A stretch of 64,000 nucleotides of DNA from a virus: positions 1 to 64,000 of the IMG/VR virus record IMGVR_UViG_3300047673_000158; one strand, 5' to 3'. Position 1 is the stretch's first letter, and each line of letters opens with the position of its first letter. Below are positions 45,707 to 56,553 of this stretch, one piece after another. The position numbers were made by a program, and so were the translations under genes. The notes under the pieces are model-generated. The model worked only from the letters and a program-made list of their open reading frames with translations. It had not been told where the DNA came from and searched no databases.

Positions 45707-45838
45707 CGCCCGCGCTTATCCGACGCGGTGCGCTTTCCCTGGCAAGCCACACTGGCTGGGGTGAATCGGAAATATTAGGCATGGCCGCTTCGCGGTTCCT
45801 GTGGTGGATCGACGGTCTAAACGAACTGACAGCGAGCG

Positions 45839-47884
45839 ATGGCGAATAAGCGGCTAAATGCCACAATCGTTATTGGTGGCACGATTTCCGGCGCGCTTAA
45901 GGGCGCGCTGGGCGTGGCCCAAAACGGGCTGAAGCAAATCAGCAGCGAAATGGGGCGCGTGACCAAGCGCCAGGTTTTGCTGGGGAAGTCTATCCAGACG
46001 TTTTCCCGCATGGGTAAAGACGTTTCTGCATTGCGCAACGAGTATGCGAAAACCGTTTCGACGCTTGACAACCTGCGCCGTGCGCAGGATCGGCTAAATA
46101 AATCCCAGGCGAGCTACACCAGCGCAAAGGAAACCCGTTCGAAATTGAACGGCGCGGCCGTGCGAATGGGCGCCACTGGCCTGGCGATTGGCGGCGTTCT
46201 GTCCAGGGGCGTGCACGCTGCAATCGAGCGTGAAAACGTCGTGGCCGTGATCCGCAATTCTGGCGTATCGAAGGAAGACGGCGACGCCATGATTAGCGCC
46301 GCGCAGCATTCAAAGCAGTTTGGCGTGTCAGTCACGAAGGCGACGGACACGGTTAGCGAACTGCGCACTGCGCTGGGCGACGCACACCACGCCATCGAAG
46401 CGCTGCCAACGGCGCTAAAAGCGATTTCTGGGCTTCAGCTTTACGACCGCCTGCACCACACTGATATGGCATCGGGCGATTCTGCCTATCAGATGGCGAA
46501 GGTAGCCGACGAGCGCGGCGGGGCAACCGACCCGGCCGCCATGCGCGAAAAATACAATTGGGCGTTTAAGGCGCTGACTGGCTCAAACGGCAAAGTGACT
46601 GTGAGCGATCTGCTTACGTCCGTGCGTTCCGGTAAGGGCGCCGTGCAGGCAATGAGCGATGAAGCGTTTTTCGGTGATACGTTTTTGCAGCAAAGCATGG
46701 GCGCCGACCGTTACGGCACGTCCAGCAGTTCGCTGGTAAATGCGTGGATCGGCGGGCACCAAACGCACGGCGCGTTTGACCACATGATGCAATTGGGCCT
46801 GCTGAACAAAAAGGGCGTGAAGTTCGACAAGACCGGCAAGGTTAAGACGATCTCGCCTGACGCGCTGGTGGACGCCCAAACGTTCCTGAAAGACCCGCAA
46901 ACCTGGGTGGATAAACACCTGGTGCCGCTGGCGAAGAAAAAGGGCGTTGACGTGAACGACCCGGCGCAGGTTATGGCGTTTGTAAACGCCATCGCGTCGA
47001 ACACGAACGCGGCAAACATGCTGCTAAGTCGCATCCGGTTCAGTTCGAACATTTGGAAGGATCGGCGCAACGTCTTGCAGGCGAACGACACCGAAGGTTC
47101 AGACAAGGCCAATCAGCAGTCCACGGCAGGGAAGATGGACAACGCCCGTGCGCGCCTGGATGATGCGCAGACCCGTGTGGGCGAGGTGCTGATACCCGCT
47201 TTCGCCAACGCCATGGAACGGCTGGCCACGGGGCTGGAATCCGTTAACAAGTTCGCGGACGCAAACCCGAAGCTGATGGAAGGCGTAGTGCTGGGCCTGG
47301 GCGGGCTGGCTGTGGGCCTGACATTGGCAGCGCCCATTCTGGCCACGGCGGGCGGCGCCCTGACGATTATCGCGGGTATCAAGCTGGCGGGCGCGGTGGC
47401 ATCGCTGCGCGATCTGAAGACGGCCGCCGAAGGTGTGGGACCCGCGACGGGCGGCGCAGCGAAGGGAATCTGGGGATTTCTCGGAAAGCTGGGGCTGGTG
47501 GCGGGGCTGGTGGAAACCGGGCTTACCGTGGCGAAGGCGGCCGGGCTGCCTGACGTGGACAAGGAAAAGGGCGCGGACGACGTTAAAAACGGCCGCTGGT
47601 GGGCCGCATCGGCGCACCTTAACCCGGTTGATTTCGGCGCGGCAGTATGGCGCCACATGACCGGGAAAGACCAGGACGCAGGCCCGGCCGCCGCGCCGAC
47701 CATTCCGCCGATTGCGGGCGGCCGAAGCGGCGGCGGTGCGCAGACTATCGATCAGCGCCAGTATCACGTCGCCTTCCACCAGCAGCCGGGCCAGTCCGGT
47801 AAGGACGCGGTAAACGAGCTAATGACCCGCCTGGGGGCGCCAGCTAACAAGCTGGGTTCCGGGCTTTACGATTCGGGGCTGTAA
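45839..47884 (+). CDS. Tape measure protein (copy 2, different central segment)
   Basis: Termini near-identical to copy 1, centre highly diverged. Confidence 0.9.
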   Translation: MANKRLNATIVIGGTISGALKGALGVAQNGLKQISSEMGRVTKRQVLLGKSIQTFSRMGKDVSALRNEYAKTVSTLDNLRRAQDRLNKSQASYTSAKETRSKLNGAAVRMGATGLAIGGVLSRGVHAAIERENVVAVIRNSGVSKEDGDAMISAAQHSKQFGVSVTKATDTVSELRTALGDAHHAIEALPTALKAISGLQLYDRLHHTDMASGDSAYQMAKVADERGGATDPAAMREKYNWAFKALTGSNGKVTVSDLLTSVRSGKGAVQAMSDEAFFGDTFLQQSMGADRYGTSSSSLVNAWIGGHQTHGAFDHMMQLGLLNKKGVKFDKTGKVKTISPDALVDAQTFLKDPQTWVDKHLVPLAKKKGVDVNDPAQVMAFVNAIASNTNAANMLLSRIRFSSNIWKDRRNVLQANDTEGSDKANQQSTAGKMDNARARLDDAQTRVGEVLIPAFANAMERLATGLESVNKFADANPKLMEGVVLGLGGLAVGLTLAAPILATAGGALTIIAGIKLAGAVASLRDLKTAAEGVGPATGGAAKGIWGFLGKLGLVAGLVETGLTVAKAAGLPDVDKEKGADDVKNGRWWAASAHLNPVDFGAAVWRHMTGKDQDAGPAAAPTIPPIAGGRSGGGAQTIDQRQYHVAFHQQPGQSGKDAVNELMTRLGAPANKLGSGLYDSGL

Positions 47885-47887
47885 GGC

Positions 47888-48829
47888 ATGGCGAACGACA
47901 GCGGAAACCTGCCCACAATGATGGTGCTGGGCGATTACATTTTCTCGCTAAACACCCTGGTTTTTCAGGAATGGGCGCGAACGACAGAATGGAAGTGGCC
48001 CGCGCAGGAACGCATGGGCCAGCTTGCCGCCAAGCAATTCACGGGGCGAGGCGAAGACGCGCTGGAACTGCCGGGCGTGATCTATCCCGATTTCGCGGGC
48101 GACATTCAGAGCCTGGATGAACTGCGCGCCATGGCTAACGACGGGCTGCCCTACGATCTGACGGACAGCCTGGGGTTCTATCAGGGCCGATGGGTTATCA
48201 ACCGGCTGGACGAAAAGCAGACGCACCACAAGACGGACGGCACGCCGCGCAAAGTGGAATTCACGCTGCGCCTGTCGATCTTTGACGACGGTACGACGGC
48301 CGACGACGGCAGCAGCGTGCTGGACAAGGCCAGCGGGCTGGTGACGGCCGCCACCACGGCAACCGGCACCACCAGCGCCCTGTCCGGGTTCGCGAGCATG
48401 GCAAAGACCGTGCAGACCACGGCCGCCACGGCGCTGGGCAGCCTGAAGGCGGCCGCCGCGCAGGTGCAGACTGTCGTGGGGCCGGTGCTGGCCGAAGCAA
48501 ACAGCGCTATCGGCGCGCTGAACCGTTCCATTTCCGTGGTGAATGATCTGCGATCCACGGCCGCCAATGTGGCCGCGCAGGTGCAATCCATCGGCAATAT
48601 CGGCGCCGTGTTGAGCGGGTCAAAAACGCTGCTGGACAAAATCGAGGCACTGGGCACGGGCGCTTCGTCGGCAACCCGCGTTATCGGGAATATCAGCCTT
48701 GTGGCGGGTTCCGTGCCGTCCAGTGTGTCCATGGCCCTGTCGAGCGCGAGTAACGCCACCACGTCCGTTTCCAGCCTGCTGGATAGCACAAAGACCGCTG
48801 CAAATTCCCTGCTGGCCAAATTCTCATGA
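47888..48829 (+). CDS. gpU-like tail protein (copy 2)
   Basis: Homologue of 4541-5482. Confidence 0.85.
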   Translation: MANDSGNLPTMMVLGDYIFSLNTLVFQEWARTTEWKWPAQERMGQLAAKQFTGRGEDALELPGVIYPDFAGDIQSLDELRAMANDGLPYDLTDSLGFYQGRWVINRLDEKQTHHKTDGTPRKVEFTLRLSIFDDGTTADDGSSVLDKASGLVTAATTATGTTSALSGFASMAKTVQTTAATALGSLKAAAAQVQTVVGPVLAEANSAIGALNRSISVVNDLRSTAANVAAQVQSIGNIGAVLSGSKTLLDKIEALGTGASSATRVIGNISLVAGSVPSSVSMALSSASNATTSVSSLLDSTKTAANSLLAKFS

Positions 48830-49047
48830 CAGCACAATATCTTTCCCGCGAAGGCGACACGCTGGACTATATCGCCTGGGCGCAATACGGGACCGTCACA
48901 CCGTCGGTTCTTAACGCGGTGCTGGCGGCTAACTATGGGCTGGCCGACCTGGGGCCGGTGCTGCCGGTGGGCACCGTCGTGGCGCTGCCTGCAATCGACG
49001 TGGCAACGGACGTGGCGACCACGGGCGAGGTTTCGCTATGGACGTGA
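48826..49047 (+). CDS. Tail protein X (copy 2)
   Basis: Homologue of 5479-5700. Confidence 0.92.
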   Translation: MTAQYLSREGDTLDYIAWAQYGTVTPSVLNAVLAANYGLADLGPVLPVGTVVALPAIDVATDVATTGEVSLWT

Positions 49048-50096
49048 ACGTTACGCCGTCGTTTTCGCTGAAGGCGAACGACAACGACATAACGGCCATC
49101 ATCGTGGATCGGTTTGTATCGCTTTCGCTGACGGACGAAACCGGCGACAACGCGGACAAGCTGGAAATTGTGCTGGCCGACCACGTGGACGATGCGCGCA
49201 TTAAAAAGCCGCCCACGGGCGCGGAAATCGCACTATCGCTGGGCTATGACGGCGTGATGACGGCGAAAGGTATTTTCGTATGTGACAGCGTGCGCCGCAC
49301 GGGCTGGCCGCGCCAGCTTACGATTGTGGCGCACGCTGCGCCGTGGGACGAAACACCGAAAGGCAAAATAGACTTTCAGTCCCACAAGTCGCGAGCGTGG
49401 AAGGTGGGAACGACCATCGGCGCAATGGTCCAGAAGATGGCGAAAGAGCATGGCATGACCGCGCTGGTTTCGCCATCGCTGGCCAGCGTGGCGCTGCCGC
49501 ACATTAACCAGTCCGAAGAATCGGATATAAACCTGCTGCTGCGCATCGCGAAGAAATACGACGCCATTGCAAAGCCAGCCGGTGGAAAGCTGATTTTCAC
49601 CAAGCGAGGCGACGCCACGACGGTAAGCGGCGCGGCGCTGCCAAAAATTCCGGTGGCGGCCAGCGATTGCGGCGCATTCCAGTGGGAAGAATCCACGCGC
49701 GAGTCGGCGGGCACCGTGGTGGCCTATTACCACTCGAAGCGCAGCGCGAAGCGGCACGAAGTAACGGCGGGAACAGGCGAGCCGGTGAAGCGGCTGAAGC
49801 AGTATTTCCCCACGCCAGCCATGGCCCTGGCTGCCGCAAAAGCGGAACTGGCGAAGCGGGCGCGCGGCGCGTTCCGGTTCAACGTGAATATTCCAGGCGA
49901 GCCGCGATTGACGGCCGAATGCCTGCTGGACGTTACCGGGTTTGGTGACGAGTCAGACGGCGAATGGCTGGTGAAGCGCGCAATTCACAATATGAGTAAA
50001 GACGCGTACCGCTGCGTGGTTGACTGCGAAAGACCGAACAGCGACGCCGACGTGGAAGCAGTCATGAATGGCACGGAATCGGACGCGGCAGACTAG
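49038..50096 (+). CDS. gpD-like baseplate hub (copy 2)
   Basis: Homologue of 5691-6749. Confidence 0.92.
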   Translation: MDVNVTPSFSLKANDNDITAIIVDRFVSLSLTDETGDNADKLEIVLADHVDDARIKKPPTGAEIALSLGYDGVMTAKGIFVCDSVRRTGWPRQLTIVAHAAPWDETPKGKIDFQSHKSRAWKVGTTIGAMVQKMAKEHGMTALVSPSLASVALPHINQSEESDINLLLRIAKKYDAIAKPAGGKLIFTKRGDATTVSGAALPKIPVAASDCGAFQWEESTRESAGTVVAYYHSKRSAKRHEVTAGTGEPVKRLKQYFPTPAMALAAAKAELAKRARGAFRFNVNIPGEPRLTAECLLDVTGFGDESDGEWLVKRAIHNMSKDAYRCVVDCERPNSDADVEAVMNGTESDAAD

Positions 50097-50226
50097 CGAG
50101 AGCCGTATTATCCAGATGGACGAAACGCCGACCGTTCGCCACCGATGCCGCCGCCCCGCGCGCCCCTGGATGCCAGGGCGGCGGGGTTTATCCAGATGAA
50201 CGCAGGCCGCCCGCCTGCGCTTCGCT

Positions 50227-50868
50227 TTAGTCTTCCTCGCCTTCCACGTCCATGGCTCCATGAAGCGGGCAGGGCGGGCGGCCGACTTCCAACCACTTGC
50301 GCGTGATTCGCACCGTGTAGCCGCATTCGGCGCACATGGCTTTGAGAAGCCGGGCGGATTGCTTTTTGGGGCCGGTGGACGATTCGCCGTCGCTTTCTTC
50401 ACCCAGGCTAGGACCGTCTTCGCCTTCGCCACGTTGTTGCCCGCGTGCGTTGGTCCACCGCAGGCTGGCGTGGGGAATCTTGCCCAGCTTGTCAATGAAC
50501 GGCTGCGCCCACTCTTTGAATTCTTCGCCTACGACCGTGGACGTAAGCGGGCGTTTCAGGCCCAGCGCCATGACGACACGGGCAAACGCGCCTTGGTGCC
50601 CGCATTCGAACCCCACGGCAGCGTGCGCCAGTTCATGCGCCAGGTGGCCGGAAATCATCATTGAATCTGCTTCGTCAGGGCGGATATGGATTTGAAAGCG
50701 CTTATCCGCGCTGGCGCTGGAATGCCAGCACTCCGCTGCTGCGCGTCCGTCTTTGCCTGCGGCCGGGAAGCCCACGGACACATAGAACGGCGGCAGCGGG
50801 TGGCCCAATTCTTCGAAGCGCGGGGCCATGAGGTTTGCCATTTCGTTAAGCCAGGTTTCGCGGTTCAT
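50227..50868 (-). CDS. SprT-like metalloprotease (copy 2)
   Basis: HELAH motif; homologue of 6880-7521. Confidence 0.75.
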   Translation of the reverse strand: MNRETWLNEMANLMAPRFEELGHPLPPFYVSVGFPAAGKDGRAAAECWHSSASADKRFQIHIRPDEADSMMISGHLAHELAHAAVGFECGHQGAFARVVMALGLKRPLTSTVVGEEFKEWAQPFIDKLGKIPHASLRWTNARGQQRGEGEDGPSLGEESDGESSTGPKKQSARLLKAMCAECGYTVRITRKWLEVGRPPCPLHGAMDVEGEED

Positions 50869-50913
50869 GCTGAAAGTCCCTTTCGTTTCGTTATTCGTTT
50901 AAACGCAAAACGG

Positions 50914-50942
50914 ATTCTAGTCGTTTACTTTTGGAAACGCAA
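50914..50942 (-). promoter_or_regulatory. Early promoter with operator-like palindrome upstream of SprT-like gene (copy 2)
   Basis: Minus strand TTGCGT-17bp-TAGAAT containing GTTTCCAAAAGTAAAC (50923-50938). Confidence 0.65.
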
Positions 50943-51017
50943 GCGGGCGTAAAAAAGCCCGTGGCGAACAATCCACGGGCTTATTACTTCAGGCTATGGA
51001 ATCAGCCTTACTTATGG

Positions 51018-51488
51018 CTAAAACGGTATATCGTCGTCCATTTCATCGAAGCCGCCGCCGTTCGTTGGCTTGCCTGCTGCGGCCGGGCGTTCCTGCCGTT
51101 CGCGCGCCGGGCGTTCGCTGCGCTGGCCACCATCGCCTGACGATCCGCCGCCTTCGCGCGGGCTGCCTAGCATTTTCATGGTATCGGCCACAATTTCCGT
51201 GCTGTAACGGGTTTCGCCGTCTTTCTCCCAGGTTCGCGTTTGAATGCGACCCTGGATAAACACCTGGCTGCCTTTCTTCAGGAATTCGCTAACGATTTCC
51301 GCCAGCTTGCCGAAGAATGCCACGCGGTGCCATTCGGTGCGTTCCTGTTTGGCGCCGTCTTTGTCTTTCCACGTTTCCGTGGTTGCAATGCGGATATTTG
51401 CTACAGCGTCACCGCTGGGCAAGTACCGCACTTCAGGGTCCGCGCCCAGGTTGCCAATGAGTTGAACTTGATTCAAATATGCGGGCAT
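51018..51488 (-). CDS. ssb: Single-stranded DNA-binding protein (copy 2)
   Basis: OB-fold motifs and DDDIPF tail. Confidence 0.98.
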   Translation of the reverse strand: MPAYLNQVQLIGNLGADPEVRYLPSGDAVANIRIATTETWKDKDGAKQERTEWHRVAFFGKLAEIVSEFLKKGSQVFIQGRIQTRTWEKDGETRYSTEIVADTMKMLGSPREGGGSSGDGGQRSERPARERQERPAAAGKPTNGGGFDEMDDDIPF

Positions 51489-51533
51489 GAAAGTGACTTT
51501 CCGAAAGTTAAATTGTATTACGAAAGACGCATG

Positions 51534-51794
51534 TTACGCGAACGTGGACGGCTGCGCCACGGCGCGAGTAAGCATCATGAAGCCGATTTGCAAATGGCGC
51601 TTCCCTTCTTCTTCCCAGCCCATGGCTTCGATTACCACGGCCTGTTTTTCTTCGTCGCCACGCGCGGCCGTGTACTGCTTCGCGGTGCGCTTTTGTACGG
51701 CTTCCACCAGCCGTTTTGTTTCTTCCCCGTGCGCTTCGATGCGTGCCAGAAGTTCTTCCGTTTCCGGGCTGGTGTTTTGCGTCATTTGGTCCAT
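51534..51794 (-). CDS. Acb2-like protein, variant N-terminus (copy 2)
   Basis: C-terminal GFMMLTRAVAQPSTF retained; GY motif absent and K26 equivalent is E. Confidence 0.75.
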   Translation of the reverse strand: MDQMTQNTSPETEELLARIEAHGEETKRLVEAVQKRTAKQYTAARGDEEKQAVVIEAMGWEEEGKRHLQIGFMMLTRAVAQPSTFA

Positions 51795-51854
51795 TGTGGT
51801 TCCTTTCTTGCTATGTCAACGCGGAACGTTTAATACATTCCGCATGAATGATTA

Positions 51855-52076
51855 TCAGCGATACCTTTCAAATTCTCTAGCGCAAACAGGGCCACAAAAC
51901 AGCCTTAATTCGTCGCCTTCGAACGGTTCGGCACACCGTGGATTTTTGCAGCAGCCTTCTGCGGCCACACGCGGCGCTGCTTCCGCGCGTGCCCGTTGAG
52001 CCTGGATGGATTGCGCCAGGTCAATCTCGATTCTGTGCTGGGCCTGGTCCAGCACGTCCGAAAACAATTCAGCCAT
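51855..52076 (-). CDS. TraR/DksA-like zinc finger (copy 2)
   Basis: Homologue of 8504-8731. Confidence 0.7.
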   Translation of the reverse strand: MAELFSDVLDQAQHRIEIDLAQSIQAQRARAEAAPRVAAEGCCKNPRCAEPFEGDELRLFCGPVCAREFERYR

Positions 52077-52572
52077 TTGCCTGGTTCTCTGCGCGTTCCA
52101 TGGCGATGACGGCGCCAGCCAGGTAATTGATTGCGCCCAGCAGTTCCCGCACGCCAGCGCCGTGCGGCAGGCGCTGCGATTCTTCGGATTTTTTGAACGC
52201 CTGGCCCAGCAGCGCGCCGACACCGAAACGCCGCGCCATGTCCTGCATAACTTGCGCGTCGAACGGTTCGCCGTCTTGCGCGTGGCGTTCCGCACCCTTG
52301 CCGTGGGCTGCCTGCTGGAAAGCGCGAGCCAGTACGCGGGCTAAGCTTTGATAGCCCGGCGCGTCCAGCAGCACGCCGGATTCAGCGCGCGGCTTCTGTG
52401 GAATCACTTCCAAGGCGCCGAAATGGAAATGGTCGTGGGCGCCGGGGATTTTGCTGGCAAGCTGCACCACCACCATGCTGCCGTCGAACCGAACCACGCG
52501 GCCGTCGCAGCCTGCCATGGGCACGTGTACCGTGTCGCCCACGGATACGGAAAGTGTATTGGTGGCTGTCAT
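52069..52572 (-). CDS. Conserved phage protein (copy 2)
   Basis: Homologue of 8724-9227. Confidence 0.7.
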   Translation of the reverse strand: MTATNTLSVSVGDTVHVPMAGCDGRVVRFDGSMVVVQLASKIPGAHDHFHFGALEVIPQKPRAESGVLLDAPGYQSLARVLARAFQQAAHGKGAERHAQDGEPFDAQVMQDMARRFGVGALLGQAFKKSEESQRLPHGAGVRELLGAINYLAGAVIAMERAENQANG

Positions 52573-53546
52573 TATTCGGCACCTTCCAAAGCCGCATTCA
52601 CGCCTGCCAGTTCAGTGCCGCCCGCCTGCGCTTCGGTGCGTTGCTTGTCGAACGCAGCGGCCTGTTCCTTCAGGTCTTCCGGGCAGCCCTTGGTGCTGAT
52701 GCGCTTTTTGATCGCGGCCGGTACGGCTGCCCACGCCTTCACCAGTTCCGCCGTGCCCTTTGCCGCTTCCATGCGCAGCGCGTCCAGCGTGCGCTGCTTT
52801 TCTTCGTCCACCTTGGTGCCGCCGTCCACCCATTCACGGATGCGCAGGCCGTGTTCATAGCCCAGGAAGCCTTCGTGCCAGCCGACCGTCCCCACGATTT
52901 CTTCCAGGTCCGGGTGGCTTTTCAGCACTTCGCGCTGTTTGCCGCCGTCGTACATCATGATCGACACGGTAAGTTCGAACGGGAAATTCTTTTCGCAAAT
53001 CGGCTGGATGCCCTGCGGTTCGTATTCCGTCTTTCCGTTGACCCGGACCATTTTCGTTTTTTCGCGGGCACGCATGCACGCGATAACGTGCATCGGCGAC
53101 GACAGCAGCGCATTCACGAAACGCTTATGCTCTGCCTTTGCGTCGTTCCATTTTGGAACCTTCAACACTGAGCCGGGCGGGTTCGCGATTTCTTCACAGC
53201 CGCCAGTGCCTTCCCATTCGTGCGACGTGCTATCAATAATCAGCACTTCGAAACCAGCCTTTGCCGCGCCTTCAATCACGTCAATGTAGCGTTGCGGGCT
53301 GAACGGCGCGTACAGGTCGTGAATCATGAATTTCTTCACGTTGCCTTCTGCGTCCTGCAGGACGCGGGCGAACAGACGGCCGCGCCGGTTTTCCGTGCAG
53401 ACAAAGCCGATTTTCGACGTGTCGCCCTTCACCATGCCGTGGGCGATTTCCAGCGCCGTGCGGGTCTTTCCGCCGCCGCTTACCCCAGCCAGGCCAATCA
53501 CCAGCCGGGCGCCTTCGCGTTCCGCAACTTCAAATTTGATAGTCAC
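52572..53546 (-). CDS. AAA_24/Sak4-like ATPase (copy 2)
   Basis: Homologue of 9227-10201. Confidence 0.82.
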   Translation of the reverse strand: MTIKFEVAEREGARLVIGLAGVSGGGKTRTALEIAHGMVKGDTSKIGFVCTENRRGRLFARVLQDAEGNVKKFMIHDLYAPFSPQRYIDVIEGAAKAGFEVLIIDSTSHEWEGTGGCEEIANPPGSVLKVPKWNDAKAEHKRFVNALLSSPMHVIACMRAREKTKMVRVNGKTEYEPQGIQPICEKNFPFELTVSIMMYDGGKQREVLKSHPDLEEIVGTVGWHEGFLGYEHGLRIREWVDGGTKVDEEKQRTLDALRMEAAKGTAELVKAWAAVPAAIKKRISTKGCPEDLKEQAAAFDKQRTEAQAGGTELAGVNAALEGAE

Positions 53547-53561
53547 TTTCTTATGTTCCCT

Positions 53562-54686
53562 TTATGCGCCAAGACGCTGCACGCCCTGGCTGACATACCA
53601 AGCTGGCAATGCCAGGCTTTCCACTTTCTCGCTATACGCCGGAAACTTCCCGCTTTGCAGGCATTCCGCGTATCGGTTCAGATTTGCCCGATACTGCATC
53701 CGGCCTAGCTCTACGTCTTCCGCTCGCAACACATACACGCCGACCGCATACGGCGCCTTTTTTTCCACCGCGATAAACACAAACGCACGCGGCTTGCGCT
53801 TCACTGCCGCCAGGCCATCCCTGTAAAACGGGTCCTGGACGTGATACCGATAGTTAGCGCAAGACTTCGCGAATTCATGCGGGCTTGCGTCTTCTGTGGT
53901 CTTCAGGTCCACCACAAAGTCGTCGTCAGTCAGGTAATCCGGCCGACAGCGACACAGCACGCCTGTTACCTTGTCAATCCAGTACACGGATTGTTCAGGA
54001 CGCCCAGGTTTTTGCAGCAAGGCTGCTGCCTTCGGATGCGCCATAACGGCTTCGCGCATCTTGTGCAGCACGTCCCATTCTTCCGTTTGCAGGATCGAGC
54101 GGTGGCCGTTGTTGCGCTCCCATTCCGCCTTCAAATCCCGCCACAACGTCACCGGCTTACCGTTTGACCGCAGCAGTGTTGCAAGCTGTTCCGTCGATCC
54201 TGAAACGGGCAGCAGCCCTTCACGCGATTCGTTCAGCACACCAATAAGCTGCTTAAGTTCCGCGCCGCTCATTGCTTCGCAGGCTTCACGCGTCCACACC
54301 ATCGTGTCCACGTCAGTTTGCGCTGCAATGATGCGTTCAATCTGTTCTGCCTTCGCGCCCGTGGTTGCCAGTTTTGGCAGCCGCCTTGCGTTCAGGCTTT
54401 CCACCATCGACACCAGCACTTCCTTATCGTCAATGGCTTCCGGGTAATCGCTGCGCCGCATGCCCAGCGTGTATTCCGTCGCAAACACCTTGGGTTCCAA
54501 CACCAGCGCATGGAACGCGGTTCCGATGGCCTGCGCCGCCGTTGGCACCCTGTCTTCACGCGGCGCGTCCAGTGCTGCTTTCAGATGCGCCGGGCTTCGT
54601 TCGATCAGGTCCAGAAGCGACTTTGAAACCCCTGGGCCGCCGTGGTAATCCGCGTTCGAAATATCCGGGTAAATGCCTGGCTTCAT
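53562..54686 (-). CDS. RecE-like exonuclease (copy 2)
   Basis: Homologue of 10217-11341. Confidence 0.9.
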   Translation of the reverse strand: MKPGIYPDISNADYHGGPGVSKSLLDLIERSPAHLKAALDAPREDRVPTAAQAIGTAFHALVLEPKVFATEYTLGMRRSDYPEAIDDKEVLVSMVESLNARRLPKLATTGAKAEQIERIIAAQTDVDTMVWTREACEAMSGAELKQLIGVLNESREGLLPVSGSTEQLATLLRSNGKPVTLWRDLKAEWERNNGHRSILQTEEWDVLHKMREAVMAHPKAAALLQKPGRPEQSVYWIDKVTGVLCRCRPDYLTDDDFVVDLKTTEDASPHEFAKSCANYRYHVQDPFYRDGLAAVKRKPRAFVFIAVEKKAPYAVGVYVLRAEDVELGRMQYRANLNRYAECLQSGKFPAYSEKVESLALPAWYVSQGVQRLGA

Positions 54687-54912
54687 GCGTTGAAATCCTG
54701 TGCTTCCTATCGAACATACACAAGCGCTAGAGCGTGTTATGTGCCTGTTCAATAAGGATATTTTTAATCTTACGTTTCCAAATGTCAACACATAGGGAAA
54801 CATTATTTAGGCTGTCGTTTACTACCAACAGGCCATTTTTACCTATGCGGTAAAGTTTGCCGATATTACCCGGATTCGGTCATAATTACCGAATCGTGGC
54901 GTGGATACGACA

Positions 54913-56358
54913 ATGGCCGTAGTTCTCCGGGAATACCAATCCGAACTGATTGCGCAGGCGCGGCAAGCCCTGCGCAGGACTAAGCGCGTGCTGATTCAAT
55001 CGGCCACGGGATCGGGCAAAACGGCGCTGGCCACGCACATGGCCATTGAGTCGGTGGCGCGCGGCCGGAAAGTGAATTTCATTTGCCATCGCGCCGAACT
55101 GGTGGACGGCACCAGCAAGACATTCCACAAATTTGGATTGCCCCACGGGTTCATTGCGGCCGGGCGGCCTATGACCGTTCAGACCATGGCGAACGTGTGC
55201 AGCATTGACACGCTGAAAGCCCGGCTGGAACAAGTTAAGGCGCCCGACGTGGCCATATGGGACGAGTGCCACCACATGGGCGCAGCGGGCTGGCAGCTTG
55301 TCATGAAGGCGTGGCCCGACACGTACCACATAGGGCTGTCCGCGACGCCGTGGCGGCTGGATGGCACGGGGCTGGGCGATTTCTTCGATGAAATGGTTAT
55401 GGGTCCGTCCGTGGCATGGCTGATCGAGGAAGGGCACCTGTCGGAATATCGGGTGTATGCGCCGCACGTGCCCGACATGAAGGGCGCGCGTAAGTCTATG
55501 GGCGACTTCGCCAAGGCCGACGCAGCGGAACGCATGGACAAGCCCAAACTAACGGGCGACACAATCGAGCATTGGAAACGGCTGGCAGCCGGAATGCGAA
55601 CGGTGGTTTTCGCCACCACGATTGCGCACAGCGAACACGTGGCCGAACAGTTCAACGCGGCAGGCGTGCCCGCTGCGCACCTGGATGGCAACACGCCTAA
55701 AGCGCTGCGCCGACAAATCATTCAGGACTATGCGGCCGGGGAAATCCTGGTGCTGTGCAATGTGGACCTGTTCGGGGAAGGGTTCGACCTGGCCAGCATC
55801 GCGCAATGTGACGTGACGATTGACTGCGTGGTCATGCTGCGGCCGACGCACAGCCTTTCTCTGTTCCTGCAAATGGTGGGCCGCGCGCTGCGCCCGTACC
55901 TTGGCAAAGTCGCTGTGATCCTGGACCAGGCGGGCAACACGCTGCGCCACGGCTTCCCCGACGACGAACGCGAATGGCAACTGGAAGGCCGCGACAAAAA
56001 GAAAGGCGGCAAAAAACAGGAAGGGCCGCCGCCGCCAATCACCTGCGATAAGTGCTTTCAGCAAATCCGCCGACCGCTGCCGCCGAAGTGCCCCACGTGC
56101 CAAAAAATCCTGCTGGGAGAAGCGAAGCTGCCGGAATCCGACGACGGCGAACTGGTGGAAATCACCGAAGCAGAGAAGAAACGACGGCGTGCGATCCTGC
56201 GGCAAGAGGAATCCGAAGCGAAGGATTTGGGCGCGCTGATCGCGCTAGGGGCGCGGCGCGGCTACAAAAACGCGACCGGCTGGGCGCATAAGAAATTCCA
56301 GAATAGCCCTTGGAGAAAGCAGCTTTCTGAAAAACAACAGCCCGTGGTTGATGTGTAA
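54913..56358 (+). CDS. SF2 helicase (copy 2)
   Basis: Homologue of 11568-13013. Confidence 0.95.
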   Translation: MAVVLREYQSELIAQARQALRRTKRVLIQSATGSGKTALATHMAIESVARGRKVNFICHRAELVDGTSKTFHKFGLPHGFIAAGRPMTVQTMANVCSIDTLKARLEQVKAPDVAIWDECHHMGAAGWQLVMKAWPDTYHIGLSATPWRLDGTGLGDFFDEMVMGPSVAWLIEEGHLSEYRVYAPHVPDMKGARKSMGDFAKADAAERMDKPKLTGDTIEHWKRLAAGMRTVVFATTIAHSEHVAEQFNAAGVPAAHLDGNTPKALRRQIIQDYAAGEILVLCNVDLFGEGFDLASIAQCDVTIDCVVMLRPTHSLSLFLQMVGRALRPYLGKVAVILDQAGNTLRHGFPDDEREWQLEGRDKKKGGKKQEGPPPPITCDKCFQQIRRPLPPKCPTCQKILLGEAKLPESDDGELVEITEAEKKRRRAILRQEESEAKDLGALIALGARRGYKNATGWAHKKFQNSPWRKQLSEKQQPVVDV

Positions 56359-56424
56359 AAACTGGTTGTGTTTTCTTTTGGAAACATCCATAATTGCTGC
56401 AAGTCGTGATGTTACGGGGTTTGT

Positions 56425-56553
56425 ATGTGGTGGGTTCTAGTGATTAGCGGGCTTTTTGCTGTCCTGTTTATCTATTTGCTATGGGACAGTCTTCGGGGTG
56501 CGGCGATGTTTCCGCCGCGTGAAAACGTAAATAAGGGAGTTTGTGGATCATGA
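56425..56553 (+). CDS. Small membrane protein (copy 2)
   Basis: Homologue of 13080-13208. Confidence 0.6.
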   Translation: MWWVLVISGLFAVLFIYLLWDSLRGAAMFPPRENVNKGVCGS

